Positions 35,986-48,411 of a stretch of 64,000 bases of DNA are shown here, piece by piece; position 1 is the first letter of the stretch, and each line of letters opens with the position of its first letter. The notes beneath the pieces are model-generated. The model was not told the origin of the DNA. It worked only from the letters and a program-made list of their open reading frames with translations, and ran no database searches. This DNA comes from Chrysemys picta bellii. Lineage: Eukaryota. The stretch is taken from NCBI RefSeq assembly GCF_011386835.1, contig NC_088792.1:161944001-162008000 (forward strand). Reading direction: 5' to 3'. A program made the position numbers and the translations under genes.

Positions 35986-36872
35986 GTGAGTAACGAGTAA
36001 CAGTTCTATTTGCAAACTAACAACGTTATTTATTTAATTTTTAATTGGCTTGCAGACACGAGAGGGACCCTCCCTCCTATGCTCATCGCTCCATTGGGAG
36101 AGCTGGACTTACCCAATGAGGCCCCCCGGAGCCAGGAAAGCATTTAACTTCAAGCCAGGGAAGAGTCCCACTGATTTCAATGGAACTGTATTCACATTCC
36201 CAAGCACTTCGCTGCATCGGGGCCTAAGGTAGTTATGACAACCAATAGAAACGTCAGTAGCAGTGATGGATCACAAGGCACGGTATGGGAGGCAGAGTCT
36301 CAGGCTGCTTATTATTATTATCTGTGCTACACTACAGCCCCACAGCCCATTGTGCTGGGTGCCGTACATACCCATGGTCAGAGGCAGTCCCTGCCCTGAA
36401 AAGTTTATCGTCGGAATAGACAAGACAGACAAAGGGTGGGAGAAATGAATTAGTGATCACCCCTGTTTAATAGAAGGAGGACTGAGGCTCAGAGAGATAA
36501 AGTAACTTGCTCAAGGTCACACATGAAGTCTGTGGCAGAGTCAGGAGTTGAGCCAAGAGTTCATGAGTCCCGATCTAGCATTTTAGATTATCTTTCTCCC
36601 ATTCTTTCATATAGTCCCAAGACATGGCTGCCCCCTTATTGTGTCTGTAAATCTATATAGGCCAATACATTACAATGAATCAGAGGCCCCTAATCTCGCC
36701 AGACTTTTCCCCAGCCTGGACCCTGTAATTTTTTTTTTTGAGGCATGAAGCATTTTGATATACCTTTTTCCCCCATAAGGTTTCATTTTCACAGCAGGCT
36801 GGGTGTGGAAGTGCCAAAATAACTCAAGAAAGCCCATTCTCAGGTTAGCCCACCTGGAAGCAGCACACAATT

Positions 36873-36993
36873 TAGGGTGACCAGACGTCCCAATTTTATA
36901 GGGACAGTCCTGATTTGGGGGTCTTTTTCTTATATAGGGTCCTATTACCCCCACCCCATCCCGATTTTTCACATTTGCTGTCTGGTCACCCTA
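36873..36993. mobile_element. Short hAT MITE (TAGGGTGACCAGA TIR), 121 bp
   Basis: TAGGGTGACCAGAC / GTCTGGTCACCCTA with TSD ACACAATT / ACACTATT (7/8). Confidence 0.88.
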
Positions 36994-37189
36994 ACACTAT
37001 TCTGCCTTGAGATTTCCAGTCCAGTTTTGGAGGCTCACAGATTTTGGATAAGTTTGGAGAAGTAGCAGAACATCTGAAGGGAAGCAAACTACTGGGTCCT
37101 TTGGGATTCACCCATCTTAAGTCCCTAGGCACAGAACCAGTGGTTTAAAAGCTCTGCCTAGGCCTGGAGAAAACCATCCAGAAAAACAG

Positions 37190-37700
37190 ACAGACAGGCT
37201 GCATTTCCTTTTTATTGCATCTTCAGTTTCAGATGCATGGACACGAGCACCCAATTCATTCTTCCTTTCTGAAAGAGAGTGATTTGAAAGTAGCACCGGC
37301 CATGAAACTACTGCATTCAAGTCTGTAGTATGGAGTGCGTCTTCAGGTGTGTCTAATGACTGAAAGAAATTTCTGAGCTGATGATTTATGACAGCTGGCT
37401 CGGTTGTAACTTGCCCATCTCCCTTCATTACAGAGGAGCCATGAGCGTGAGCTCTTTCCACTCGAATCCCATCTGCCAAGTACTTGCCTGCTTTCTCCCC
37501 TGGCTTGTAATATCTTTGCCTTACCCTGGTGAGCATGTGCTCAATCTGTTCAGAGATTTGCACTGAGATTTGAGCACCACCAAAGGTCTTGTTCACCTGG
37601 ATCATGTTTCCTTTCTGGGTTTGGGGTGTGTGAAGATGCCTGTGATTCAGTGAGTTACAGAAAAGCTGCCCCATTTTGCTGAGCTCAACAAACTGAGAAT
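37190..37700 (-). mobile_element. L1/Tx1-clade LINE ORF2 fragment (endonuclease-RT linker)
   Basis: ORF 37117..37740 contains RVRQRYYKPGEKAGKYLA...VMKGDGQVTTEPAVINHQLRNFFQSL, resembling the fish/reptile L1 motif RQRYYExGEKAGKLLA...G.xTTDP..IN..F..FY..LY. Confidence 0.75.
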
Positions 37701-40700
37701 GCAGAAAAGCAACTCGCCCCCCTGTGCAGAGGCCCAGCACAAGGTTGATCTATGGACTGACTAATTCAACTCTGCAAAGGGCCAACACGAGCCCTGTGGA
37801 CTGCTTAAGTCCCATTTAAGCTCTCCTTTAAATGATGCATTGGTTCTGTGTGGGCCGCATTCCCCATGAATAGACTGAGACATTACTGTACATTTTAATC
37901 ATAACTGGCATTTTGGAGCCCTGTGGCCTCCATGCAAGAGAGTGAGATCAGCATATCTCCAGCTATGCAAAAGCCCAGCAGAAGAGACTGGCTGCTCCCT
38001 GAAGAAGCAGTGAAGTTTGGTGGTTAGGAAAGGCAAATTACTACTGGATTCTAGTCCTGCTTCTGCCCCTGATTTGCCATGTGGCCCTGGGCAAATCTAT
38101 TGACAGTAGACTTAATCTATGTTTGTACAGTGCCTTGCACAATGGGTCCCCATTCTCAGTTGCATTGCCATCATAAACATGATAACTAATATGTGATTAG
38201 TAAGCACCCAACACATTTGTGTGCCGTACAAATAATAAAGTAACTTCATCTCTCTGTGCCTCAACACCTCCATATGCCAAAAGGCGATTATGAAGATTTC
38301 TTTCCTTTGCCAAGTGCTTTGAGACCTGCAGGCGGAAGGCACTACACTAGGGCAAGGAATTACGAAATAGGAGCAGTAGCACTGTTTTTGCAATGAGGAG
38401 ATACATGCCTACCCTTCCTTGAATGTAGGGTGTTTGTTTCACTCCAGAATGTACTGTCTTACAGAAATGCTATTTAGAAGCGATATGCCTGTATATTGGT
38501 TTATATGTAGATAGCTACTGGCTTATCAGAACATGTAGCATTCCTCAGAAGTTCGAAGCACCAATCAAGTTGTTATGCACTGCAAATGACTTCCTGAATA
38601 ACACTGTGTTTTATATAGCTCTTGTCCTCGGGTCATCACACACATCAGGGGTAACTTCCAGTCTGGGGTGAGAATGGAGGCGCATCTCACCGAACTAAAA
38701 TACCTCTGGTGCCCATTGTCTCCAATGGGCTTTGATCATGCCTTTAGAATACAGCAGCATCCTTAACCCTGCTCTGTATGGCTCTCATCAGTCAGCATTC
38801 TGGAGGCTTGGCTGGACCAGCCAGGCAATATTTCCAGTCAGCCCCAGGACTATTGAGAAACAGTAGCAGCTGTGAGTAGGAAAGGCCTGGTTAGTAGCAG
38901 CTGAGTGAGAATTGTCAGCTCTGCCATTCCAATAAAAAGTTATCTAGCAGGCATGGGCAGCTGGTGCCATCAACATTTGTTATACCTGTAGGTTTCAAAA
39001 GGATGAACCATCCAGAGCTTCTGTCTCATGTTTCACTGCTTGTCAAGCAGCAGCAAGAGGAAAACCAATGTGGGGGGCTCAGGAGCAGAGCATGTCTCCT
39101 AGCACACATTGTGAACCTTTCTTTGTTCTGCCAACATTGATTGCATGACAATGTTAACCTGGCTAAAGGAGATAGGAGAAGTGCTGGCATCTAGAGATGG
39201 CCCAAAGCAGGACTCTCGAATTCAATGCCCTTTAAATTTTGAGGAGAGAGAGGGATATAGAATCCCCAAACAAGAATCTGCCTGCCATGGTTTTACTTCC
39301 AGGTTTTACTTCCAGGTTGGAAGGGTCCCTGTATTTTTTAATTACCAGTTCAAGTGTGGCCCAAATCTTGCAAACAATCTGGGAATGTTGCTGTCATTTG
39401 GGGCTCAGACATCCCAAAGGCAGCTAGTGAGATTTCAGAACCAACAAATCCAAACCCAAACCCTGAACCCCAGCCCTGGTTCAGTTTCAAATTCAAAAAT
39501 GTCCTAAACCTAATCCAGCTCCCAACCCCTGCCCTGAACAAAACCTCCTTAGCTCATCTCCGTACAGAAGCCTGTAGTAGACTTAGATAGCGCTGAGGGC
39601 GGTAAAATTAGCCTTTCACCTCTTCAGACCTGTGGTCAAACCCTGGTTCAAGATTTGATCCTTCTTCTGTGGAATTCAGTGGATGTTCCGCCACTTTGTA
39701 TAGTGGGTTTAGACTCAGCCCCCTAATTCACAAGTGACTTTATCGTAGGCCGCAATTTCCCCTCCTCATCACAGTCTCCGGCAAAGAGTTCAGCACTGTT
39801 GACAAGAAAGCCAGTTGGGAATTTTTCAGGGATTTACTTTTTGATTTGAAAATGTCAATTCATCAGAAGAAAAAAAAATCTGTTTTTCACTTTGAAACGA
39901 CTTTTTGTTTAGAAATTTCATTTAATTTATAATAATTTTTAAAAGGTCAAAATTGAAACAAAACATTTGGAAATGATTGAAAGGAAATGTTTTGATTTAC
40001 ATGAACCAACATTTGTTCCAATTTTTGGTTTGTGAACATTTTCAAGATTTTGAGCTTTTGGGCCCAATTTGGGACAGGAAAAAAGGTCAAAATCTTGAAC
40101 ATTTTCCTGGGATAGAAAAGCCAGTTCCTTCTTAGCACTGACACCTCCATGGGAGTCATCAAAGACTGGGTAGTAATGGGGGCTGCAGACCAGGATTAAA
40201 GGTCTGGGGTGGAGCTGGGTGGTGTGCCAGGGCAGGAACAGAACTGGGGAAGTTGCAGTGGAAAAGGGAGAGAGCTGAAATACTAGTGTCAATTGTAATG
40301 GGCTTTTTTTTATTTCTTAGGTCTGCCCATTAGGAAGTGAACTGAGACCTAGCAGCTCATTTCACATAGGTCACTCAACAGCCAACCGCTACATTAACTC
40401 TCTACTGACCTGCACTGCTGTTGGCCTAGAGGTAAAAGGTTCCTTAGCCCATTTCCAATGACCTGGTGATCCAGCCCACTCCCCTCTCTTCAAACCCACA
40501 GAATGGGAACACGGTTTAGATACAGACATGAGAAAAGAACCACTGTGGACTCTGAGAAAATTCCAAAACCTCAGCTCCACTGAAGCCTGCTCTGTACCTA
40601 TGAGGGTTGCATTCAAATCAGCTGTAGCTATGGTTCATTTCTAACAAGGGTAATTTATAGATCCTCTTCCATAGAGAACCAGTCAATACATTTGTTTTCC

Positions 40701-41458
40701 TTTGGATCCACAGCTGCAGTAGCAAGCCATGCATAAAGTTTGTTAAGCTTGGCTAATTTTCTAACAGCTCCAGCAGTGATTGATCTCAGCCATATTGGTA
40801 TCTGGCTCAATCTAATAATAATAATATGTATGTTTAATGGTAAAGTGTATAATTCTTTTAAGAAATTTGGATTATATGTCGGGTATCAATGTTAACAACA
40901 TGCCTAGGGCAAATACATCCACAGAGAGGAGAAGGCACTCGGAGAGTGTGGTTTTCAAAAGCGTTCACTGTTAGTCTAACTCATCTTTTACTAAAGTTAA
41001 TGGTTAAAATTCTCATCTACTTCAGTAGGATCAGCAAATCCCCAGTCAATACATATTTGGGTTACTTTAAAGTAAACAAGCTTTAGACTGAGTTTGTTCA
41101 ACATCTGCATTATTTCTAATATAATTACCATGTTGAAGGCTCTTGCAGATTTAATTATGTATCATGCAGGAGAGGACTCCGTTCCATTCTCAGTTCTGCA
41201 ACTGACTTCTTGTATCACCTAGGGCAAGTCACTTAACTTTGCCTCAGTTTTCCTATCTGCAAAATCAATTGCTTGCCTCTCAGGGTGTTGTGAAGCTTAA
41301 TTAAATGCACTCTGAGATCCCCAGATGAACCTTGTTCTAGAAGCACAAAGTCAGTCTGGTCCTGCAAATCCTCAAGAGTCAGGTTTATTTGCATGAGGTT
41401 AAATTTACCCCATTGCAAAGGGGCCAGCACACTGTCTATGCACCACATAAGTCTAAAA

Positions 41459-41740
41459 TGCCTAGTCTACATTAAAAAATTGTACTACTTTAACTATACC
41501 AGTATAATTAGAGTGGTACAACCCCCTATGGTGGACACAGTTATGTTGGCATAAGGAGGCTGAATACTAATATAGCTATTCCTGAACAGGAAGGGAAATA
41601 AGCTACACCCATACAAGGCATCTTTATACCGGTGTAGCTGTGTCTGCCCTAGGTGTTGTAGGGATATAACTATTTCAGTGGGAAAAAAAATCATAGCCCT
41701 AACTGGAATAGTTATACTGGTACAAAATCTGTAGACCAGT
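41459..41740. mobile_element. Older PIF/Harbinger-type MITE
   Basis: GCCTAGTCTACA ... TGTAGACCAG termini and a TATACCAGTATAA-type internal palindromic motif. Confidence 0.6.
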
Positions 41741-44410
41741 GAAAACAGGTCATAATTGCAACTTAAGTAGTACATTAGCTTTGAATAGGTTTGAATTTCC
41801 TTCATGTATAGTCCCATTGAAGGAGATTTACTCAAATGAGTAACAGTTTGGAGAAGCATATTATTACTGTCTCTTTCTTATTGCTATTTGCAATTACTTT
41901 ATCCATTACATGAGGCCTCAAGGTTGAGGGAATTTTTGGCTGGTGGGTGGAGTGAGCTTTCAGAGCTGTGGATAGATGGGCCTTTCCACTGCCTCAAAGA
42001 AAAGAAACCCGCAATGATCTCTGCTGTGGACCCAACTGTAGCCTGTTCTGTGTTTGTGTTTTTTCCCAAAACAATTTAAAGCCTGTTTGCTGTGCCAATG
42101 CGCTCTCATACAGAAACCTGCCAGTCCTGGTGTAAGGAGGCAGGTCTCGGTTGAAGTTAGTGGAGGTACACTTACTGCACTTACACTGCGGATGGATTTG
42201 GCCTATAACAATGTCAAAATGCATTCACTGGCCTGAAGCCTCCACTTTATAGTGCAAGACGTCCTAATGCAGTGGTGGGCAACCTGCAGCCTGTCCTAAT
42301 GCCTCATGTTCAGCAAACCGCAGTACCTGGGGATTATCTCTGAAGAATTTAACTTGCTTCTCTGTGATGAACTCCGGCTAGGGAGATGATGGCTGTTTAT
42401 CCAAGAAGTAAATATTACTTAGCTCTCACTGTAGTCTAACAGAGAGACAGAAAGGGGGTTGCCTGGTGCCATTTTAGGGCAGGGCTTCATGAGATACAGA
42501 GTGTCCTCAGCACCCACGGGAAGAGGAAAGTGCAAAGCACCTCACAGAACCTAACACCTCCTAGCATTGGGTCTATTGTTACTTTACAATAAGTGGAGCA
42601 GGGGTGGGGAAGGATTGGGATAAAGGGTAAGGATGATAATTTCTGGAGTCCCCATCAGGCTCATATGACATGCCAACACAACAAGATAAGGACAACAGCA
42701 ATCTTTTTGTGAGGCTCCCTGTTCTGGAAGGAAAGATTTGCCTGATGGTTTTCTTTGTAGTAGGTTTGAATGGAGGGCAGCCTGGCGGGTAAGGTGATGA
42801 GATAAATGTCCATGGCATTGGTTGCTGGCTGGAACGAAAGCTCTTTTGTCTTCCACCCCAATCCTCCTGGCTGCTCTGCTTCAGCCGGGTTCTTTATTAT
42901 TAGTGCAGTACAGAACTAGACAGGAAGAGAGATCCCCAAGTTTATATCATGCTGTGAAGGAGCTGGGTGTATGGCCTGTTCGCCAGGTAAGTTACGTCTC
43001 TGGGGGCTTTTGCTAAGCTGATTTGCTGAGCTCAGCTAACTTTATAATCTAGATGAGAGATGGCAGGCCTGGTTTGGTAGGTTATTCCCCTCAAATCTCT
43101 CACACTGCTCTAGACACTGTATACAGAATATGACACATATATATTGACACTGAAATTAAACACGGGAAGGATATGTTTGTTTTCCTCTTTATCCCTTAAC
43201 CTTGCAAGCAATAACCTAGCATCTGCTATCTAGCTGGACATTTTACTCAAACATAAGTGAAATTTAACTGACAGTAGCCTTGCTGTTCTGGCTGTGTTTG
43301 GCCTTCTGCAGCTTTTACTTCAAGATCCTACTCTCTGCATTAAAAATAAGGCCAAACTGACTATACATTCCTCTTTACATTCTAGAAAATACAGGTCCAT
43401 TGCTGCTGGCATCCACCCCAGATCTGGCTGCATTACAGTGGTGCTGTAGACATAGTTAATGAAGTTGGAACAATGCTCAGTGCAGGTCATCATCAAGGTG
43501 TGAACCAAGAGCCTTCAGCAAACTTTTTGACCAGCTCTGCCCATCGTGATCTAGAGGGGCCCCATTTTGGTCAGTGCATTTCTCAGACCTGTGTAGTGTG
43601 GGAGCACTGGCTTCTTACCATCCCCAGCAGCAACAGTTCAACCTTCCCTGCCTAGAATCCTTTAGCTTCTTACAAGTGTGACTTTCCTGGGGCAGTAGCC
43701 AGGAGCTTCCAGCCACTTAAAAGATCCCATCTCTTATGTTCAAGGAATGCCCCTCTCTCCCTAGGCTTATTCTTCCTATTTTCCAGCATGAAGCTTCATC
43801 TGAAGGAGAACTATATCACCCCCTGGCTGCCTTGGAAGGAGGCTGTGTAATCAGCTTTGGGCTCCAGTACATGGAATTGCTTTCAGTCATAATAATATTT
43901 GGCACTTCTAGGACACCATTCATTAGAAGACATAAAAGTACTTTAACATTAATCAATTAGGCCTCACACCACTGGAGGGAATTAGGTACATGTTATTCCC
44001 ATTTTACAGAAACTTAAAAGCATTTAAGTGACTTTTACTCCACTCTAATAGACATGGATTTGGGCACTGTAAGACTGTGCTTTAGCATACTGAAAAGTTC
44101 ATACGACTATTACAGCAAACACGCAGTGTTTCATATGTGCTAACTACTCCTGTGCTAATCAACTAATACATTTGAAAATCATGTCTAGCTACTGATGCAT
44201 TCAAAATGATGGTTTAGTGCTGCACCCAATTAATGGCAAATATCTCCCTGACTCCTCTAAGGAATAGATCAGGCATAGTAAGCTAGGATAACAGAAAGTG
44301 GGCCTGATTCTCCATTGCCCGGCACCTTTCGCACGGGCCGGATATAGTCACCTGTGACTGGATTTGCTCACCATTAAGTATAATGTTGGTCAAAGGGCCA
44401 AGAGGATATC

Positions 44411-44527
44411 TGAGGGATAAGGTGGATGAGATAATATATTTGAAGTTGGTCCAATAAAAGATATTACCTCACCCACCTTGTCTCTCTAATATCCTGTGAC
44501 TAACAGAGCTATAACACTGCAAACAAA
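44411..44527. mobile_element. Short Penelope pLTR terminus with an inverted partial copy; the uninterrupted homologue of the Utopia insertion site
   Basis: 44448-44485 GGTCCAATAAAAGATATTACCTCACCCACCTTGTCTCT. A degenerate inverted copy GAGGGATAAGGTGGATGAGATAATATATTT lies at 44412-44441. Confidence 0.75.
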
Positions 44528-44544
44528 AAAACAAAGAAGAGGAT

Positions 44545-44925
44545 AAACTTCTTTCTTTCTTTGCACCTGAAGGCATAGAAGAATATAGGTTGTCTACCAG
44601 TTTCCCCCATTTATTTCAGTCTTGCGCTGGTCTGTTCAGGCTCCTGAGTGTCGTGTTGATTGATTTGGATTCTTTCTCTATTGTTCCACATACTATTTCT
44701 CTAGGTCACCATCTTTTTCTCTTTCCAGTTCATGTCCACATTATCACTTGCCGTGGCGGCACCCTTAAAGCCTGTCCTAAATATATCCATCGTCTTCTTA
44801 TTTGAAGCTTTAGATTGGTTTGTCAGAATTTCTGATGTTGCAAGAAACTCTTTCCAATGGACTCTGAAGTTTTTCCTGTAGGCATTTACTTTGGAATGAG
44901 TTGATCTTATCAATTTCTATTGTAG
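44545..44925 (-). mobile_element. RTE-clade LINE 3' end (frameshifted ORF C-terminus, (AAAG)n tail)
   Basis: Manual minus-strand translation across frameshifts gives KINSFQSKCL..RVHWKEF..LQIRRRWIYLGQALR...TGKRKRW*PRE...QD*NKWGKLVDNLYSS. This resembles the RTE C-terminus (IRRRRWRWIGH.LR..W.P.GKR.RGRPR..W...DR..W..LV..L). Confidence 0.8.
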
Positions 44926-47709
44926 ATTGGCATGACTCTGCCCCATAAAGGACAAACATGATACCATGTTAAAAAATTCAGATTTTTATGTGCTAATTCT
45001 GACTTATTTTACTTTGTAGATACATAGATAGATGATGGCTCATTGCAAGCAATAGATACATCCATGCATCCATGCATATGCATGTATGGCAATAGATGAT
45101 AGATAACTGTAGCCTTCTTTCTAATTCTCATTCCCTTTGTTATTGTGGTGTCTCCTTTGCCCGGTGTGCTTATCTCTCCTCCAGGTTTCAAAGCCATACT
45201 GATCAGATCCATCACAAGGCTTTCATTAGCAAGGCAAGCTCCAGGCTGTCACAGCACCTCATGTGCAGGCATATGTTCCAGGGAAGGGCCGAGTGATTTA
45301 GAGAGGACCATTGACATTCACAGTCATCTCTTCAAATAAACAGGCTGCAAGTGTAATGATTTCAAGGTAAAGCTCTTTTATTAAGACAACACAGGGAACT
45401 TTTTCAACCACAGCTGACATCACTATAATAAATCACCATCAAGTCTAGTGGGATAGAAAAAGCCAAAATACTGTCAGGTCTGATTTTTCTGGCTACTCCT
45501 GTCTCGAGAACAACCATGTGTTTTTAATCAACAAATCTTTGTTTTGCATCTCTAAGACCCCAGCACTCTTTAAATAGTTAGCATTTACCAGAGGGATATT
45601 TTAAATCCAACACACTGCTTCCTTGCTGAAGAAATGAAGAAACAGGACACCACATTATCGACTTACTGGGCTTGTCCGGAACTTTTTAAAATTTGTTTTT
45701 GTTATATTCATACATTGCAGAGGGCTTTCCCTTTCTTGTCTCTGACCTAATTAGACTTTTTTTTCCCCAAAAATCAAGAACATTTGCTGCTTGTGACAGA
45801 CAAGCTGCAGTACGTCATGAAAACACTCCCTGCTCCCATCCAAAGGCAATACGAAAAGCCATAAAAATAGTAACACTACAAATTTCATCTGTAGATTATA
45901 TGGTGCTGCAACAAAGGGAGGACAAGTATAATTATCCCTGTGTTACAGATGGGGAAACTGAGGCATGAAGCGGTTAACTGTTGTTTCATTACATGTTTGT
46001 AGAGCACCTTATACATTGAGGCCCTGGTCCCTGACTGGGGGCTCTTTTCAAAGGCATAGATGCATGTTGGGTGCATAACTGACATTTTTGCTTGAGAATC
46101 CATCCTAATAAAATAATAACAGTTTGCCCAATATCCCACCCCGAGTCAGCAGAAGAACCAGGAATAGCCCCCTGGAGTCCTGACTCCCGCTTTTTTGCCA
46201 GCAAATTCAATCTGGAGAGTTATCCCCCTACTTCTAGTCCTATCAATAATTGCTGCAAATGCTAGAGCAGCCTCATCTCTCTTGGGCTGGACACTCGGGT
46301 TTGCAAAAGAGATTGTAGCTTGTGAAGCTGAGCGGAGGCTTCTTCACCAAGATCTCTGATGCCAGCCACCCCCAATTTGTGCCTCTAGCACTGTGTCCAT
46401 GTCTCTGCTTTTTGAGTTGTACAGTAGTGGGCAATAGCACATACTAAATATTAGATTTCAGTTTGCTGTTCTTTTAGCTATTCTGCAGAAGCCTTTGAGG
46501 CATCCTCAGGCATAGACATTCTCCTCTAGTTGCCGCCTCCAGAGGTATTAATTTGCATTCTAGATGTGCCAAGTTTTTTTTCTAGCTCCCAAGTGCAGGT
46601 CATTCTCTCAGGGGGCCTAACCTCCCAATTATGGTTTCAAGGTCAAACTGAAACAGGAGACGCCCGGATTTTCTTTCATGTCACTTATGGCCCCCCTCCT
46701 GTTCTAACAAATAAACATGACATGTTCTGCCTGTTGGCACAAATGTCAAGGCTGAGAATAACCTTGGGACCAAACCCAGCACCAATCAACGTACCACGTG
46801 TTTCGGGTGCTCCCCGCGAGTGACCAGAGGCAAGTGTCTGAGGGATAGGAGCAGTGGTGCAAGCTGAAGGAACCACCAAAAGTCAGCAAGAGAAGAAGAG
46901 ACAGGAAGGGAAGAGGTTCTTGTCTGAAGGGTAGGCAGGGTACCAGTCGCCGATGCCAAACAGGATCTTTGAAGGATGGGACCTTGCCTGGCTCTAATCC
47001 AGATCCTGCTCCGAACCAAATCTCTACCAGATTTGAGCTTGGAGCAGGTTAGGATTCAGTTTCCCTAGGATTCAGTTTCTCACCAGTTTCCCACCATCTT
47101 AGGCCAAAACCTCAAGGCAGGAGTGGCCATTCTCATCAGGTTATGCTGGAATCTCAGAGGACAAACAGGCCCCCCCTACTCTGGGACCGGAGTCAGAACC
47201 AAAACCACAGGGGGGGAGTTTGGATCCAGGGATTTGAACCTGACCCTCTTCTCCAAGAATATCAGTTCGGAGCCCAGCTTTGGCCTATCTCTGAACATGG
47301 CAGGAGTGTGTGGAGTGAGAGAGGGGCAATGGAAGTGTTGTGCTCAGTGGCCATTCCTACACTAGTGCTTCTATTAGCCCCATCCACACCTGGTGCAGCT
47401 CCACTGGGGCCAGCACCAATGTAGATGTAACCTGCACCAGCTCCATGCAGCGGTCTTTCCCCATCTGCTGATAGCTGGGCCACTGATAGAGGTCAATGAG
47501 GCTGCAGTAGAGGCTTATGCTTTAAGATCCAGAGGTCCCAGGTTCACGCCCCCCAGGGGCACACTGTAACTGGTCATGTCCCGTAAGGGAATTTGAGTAG
47601 GGAGGATCTCGGGACAAGGTTCCCCAGCCAGAGGTGTATGTAACCCACACCCACTCAGTGTGGTGCTCTGTGCCCCGATGGTGGGACATTGTTACACATC
47701 CAGGCTACC

Positions 47710-48411
47710 TGTAGCGGAGTGGTCACCCGCTCCTGCCCAGAAGGGCTTAAAACAGCCCTTCGAGAAGGCTGTGGCAGGGGAACAGCCCAGGCTGAGTGGG
47801 AAGCAGGCTCAGCTGGCCCCACGCCCCAATCAGGACCCAGCTGGCCCTATAAAGGCTTGAGCCTGGAACTCAAGCAAACACTCTCTCTCTGCCTTTAGAG
47901 GGAGAAGGGCCTGGCTGCTAGGGAGCGTACCTGGGCACCTAAAGTAGAGCAGGGCTGGGGGAAGGCAAGAGGATCTGAGGAGCTCCGGCCTGGAAACCCC
48001 CCCAGACTGCAGGCCTAGGGTAAGGCCAACTGGGTACTGGGGTTGCAAAGGGGCAGCCCACGGGTAGGCAGAGGCAGCAGGCCCAAACCCCTTTGCCTGT
48101 GATGGGTGGCTGATACACTGCAGTCTGCCCCAGTGAACAGGGGCTAAGTGATGACTGGCAGTAGCCAAGACTGAGGCGAAGTGGGGATAGTAGGTGGGGG
48201 TTCCCGCGGGAGGGGGAGACCCTGAGACTGAGGGGTTTTGCAAGGGGGGCAGAAACCCCGTGAAGGGGCACCGGGTTCGGGAGGGACACGGGGGCCAGAG
48301 TGAGGTAAGGCAGATCACCGGCCTGCAGAGGGCGCTCCTGGCTGGGTCAAAGAGCTAATTCCCGAGGACGACCAGCAGGAGGTGCCACAGGGGCGAGTCC
48401 AACTCCTTACA
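47710..48411 (+). mobile_element. Solo LTR (Gypsy-type), 702 bp
   Basis: TGTAGC...CTTACA termini, perfect 5-bp TSD CTACC (47705-09 and 48412-16), CCAAT at 47826-30 and TATAAA at 47848-53. Confidence 0.85.

Noticed and set aside
44701-44913. ORF initially considered as a possible endogenous viral fragment
   Set aside because: Reading across frameshifts gives an RTE LINE C-terminus followed by its simple-repeat tail.
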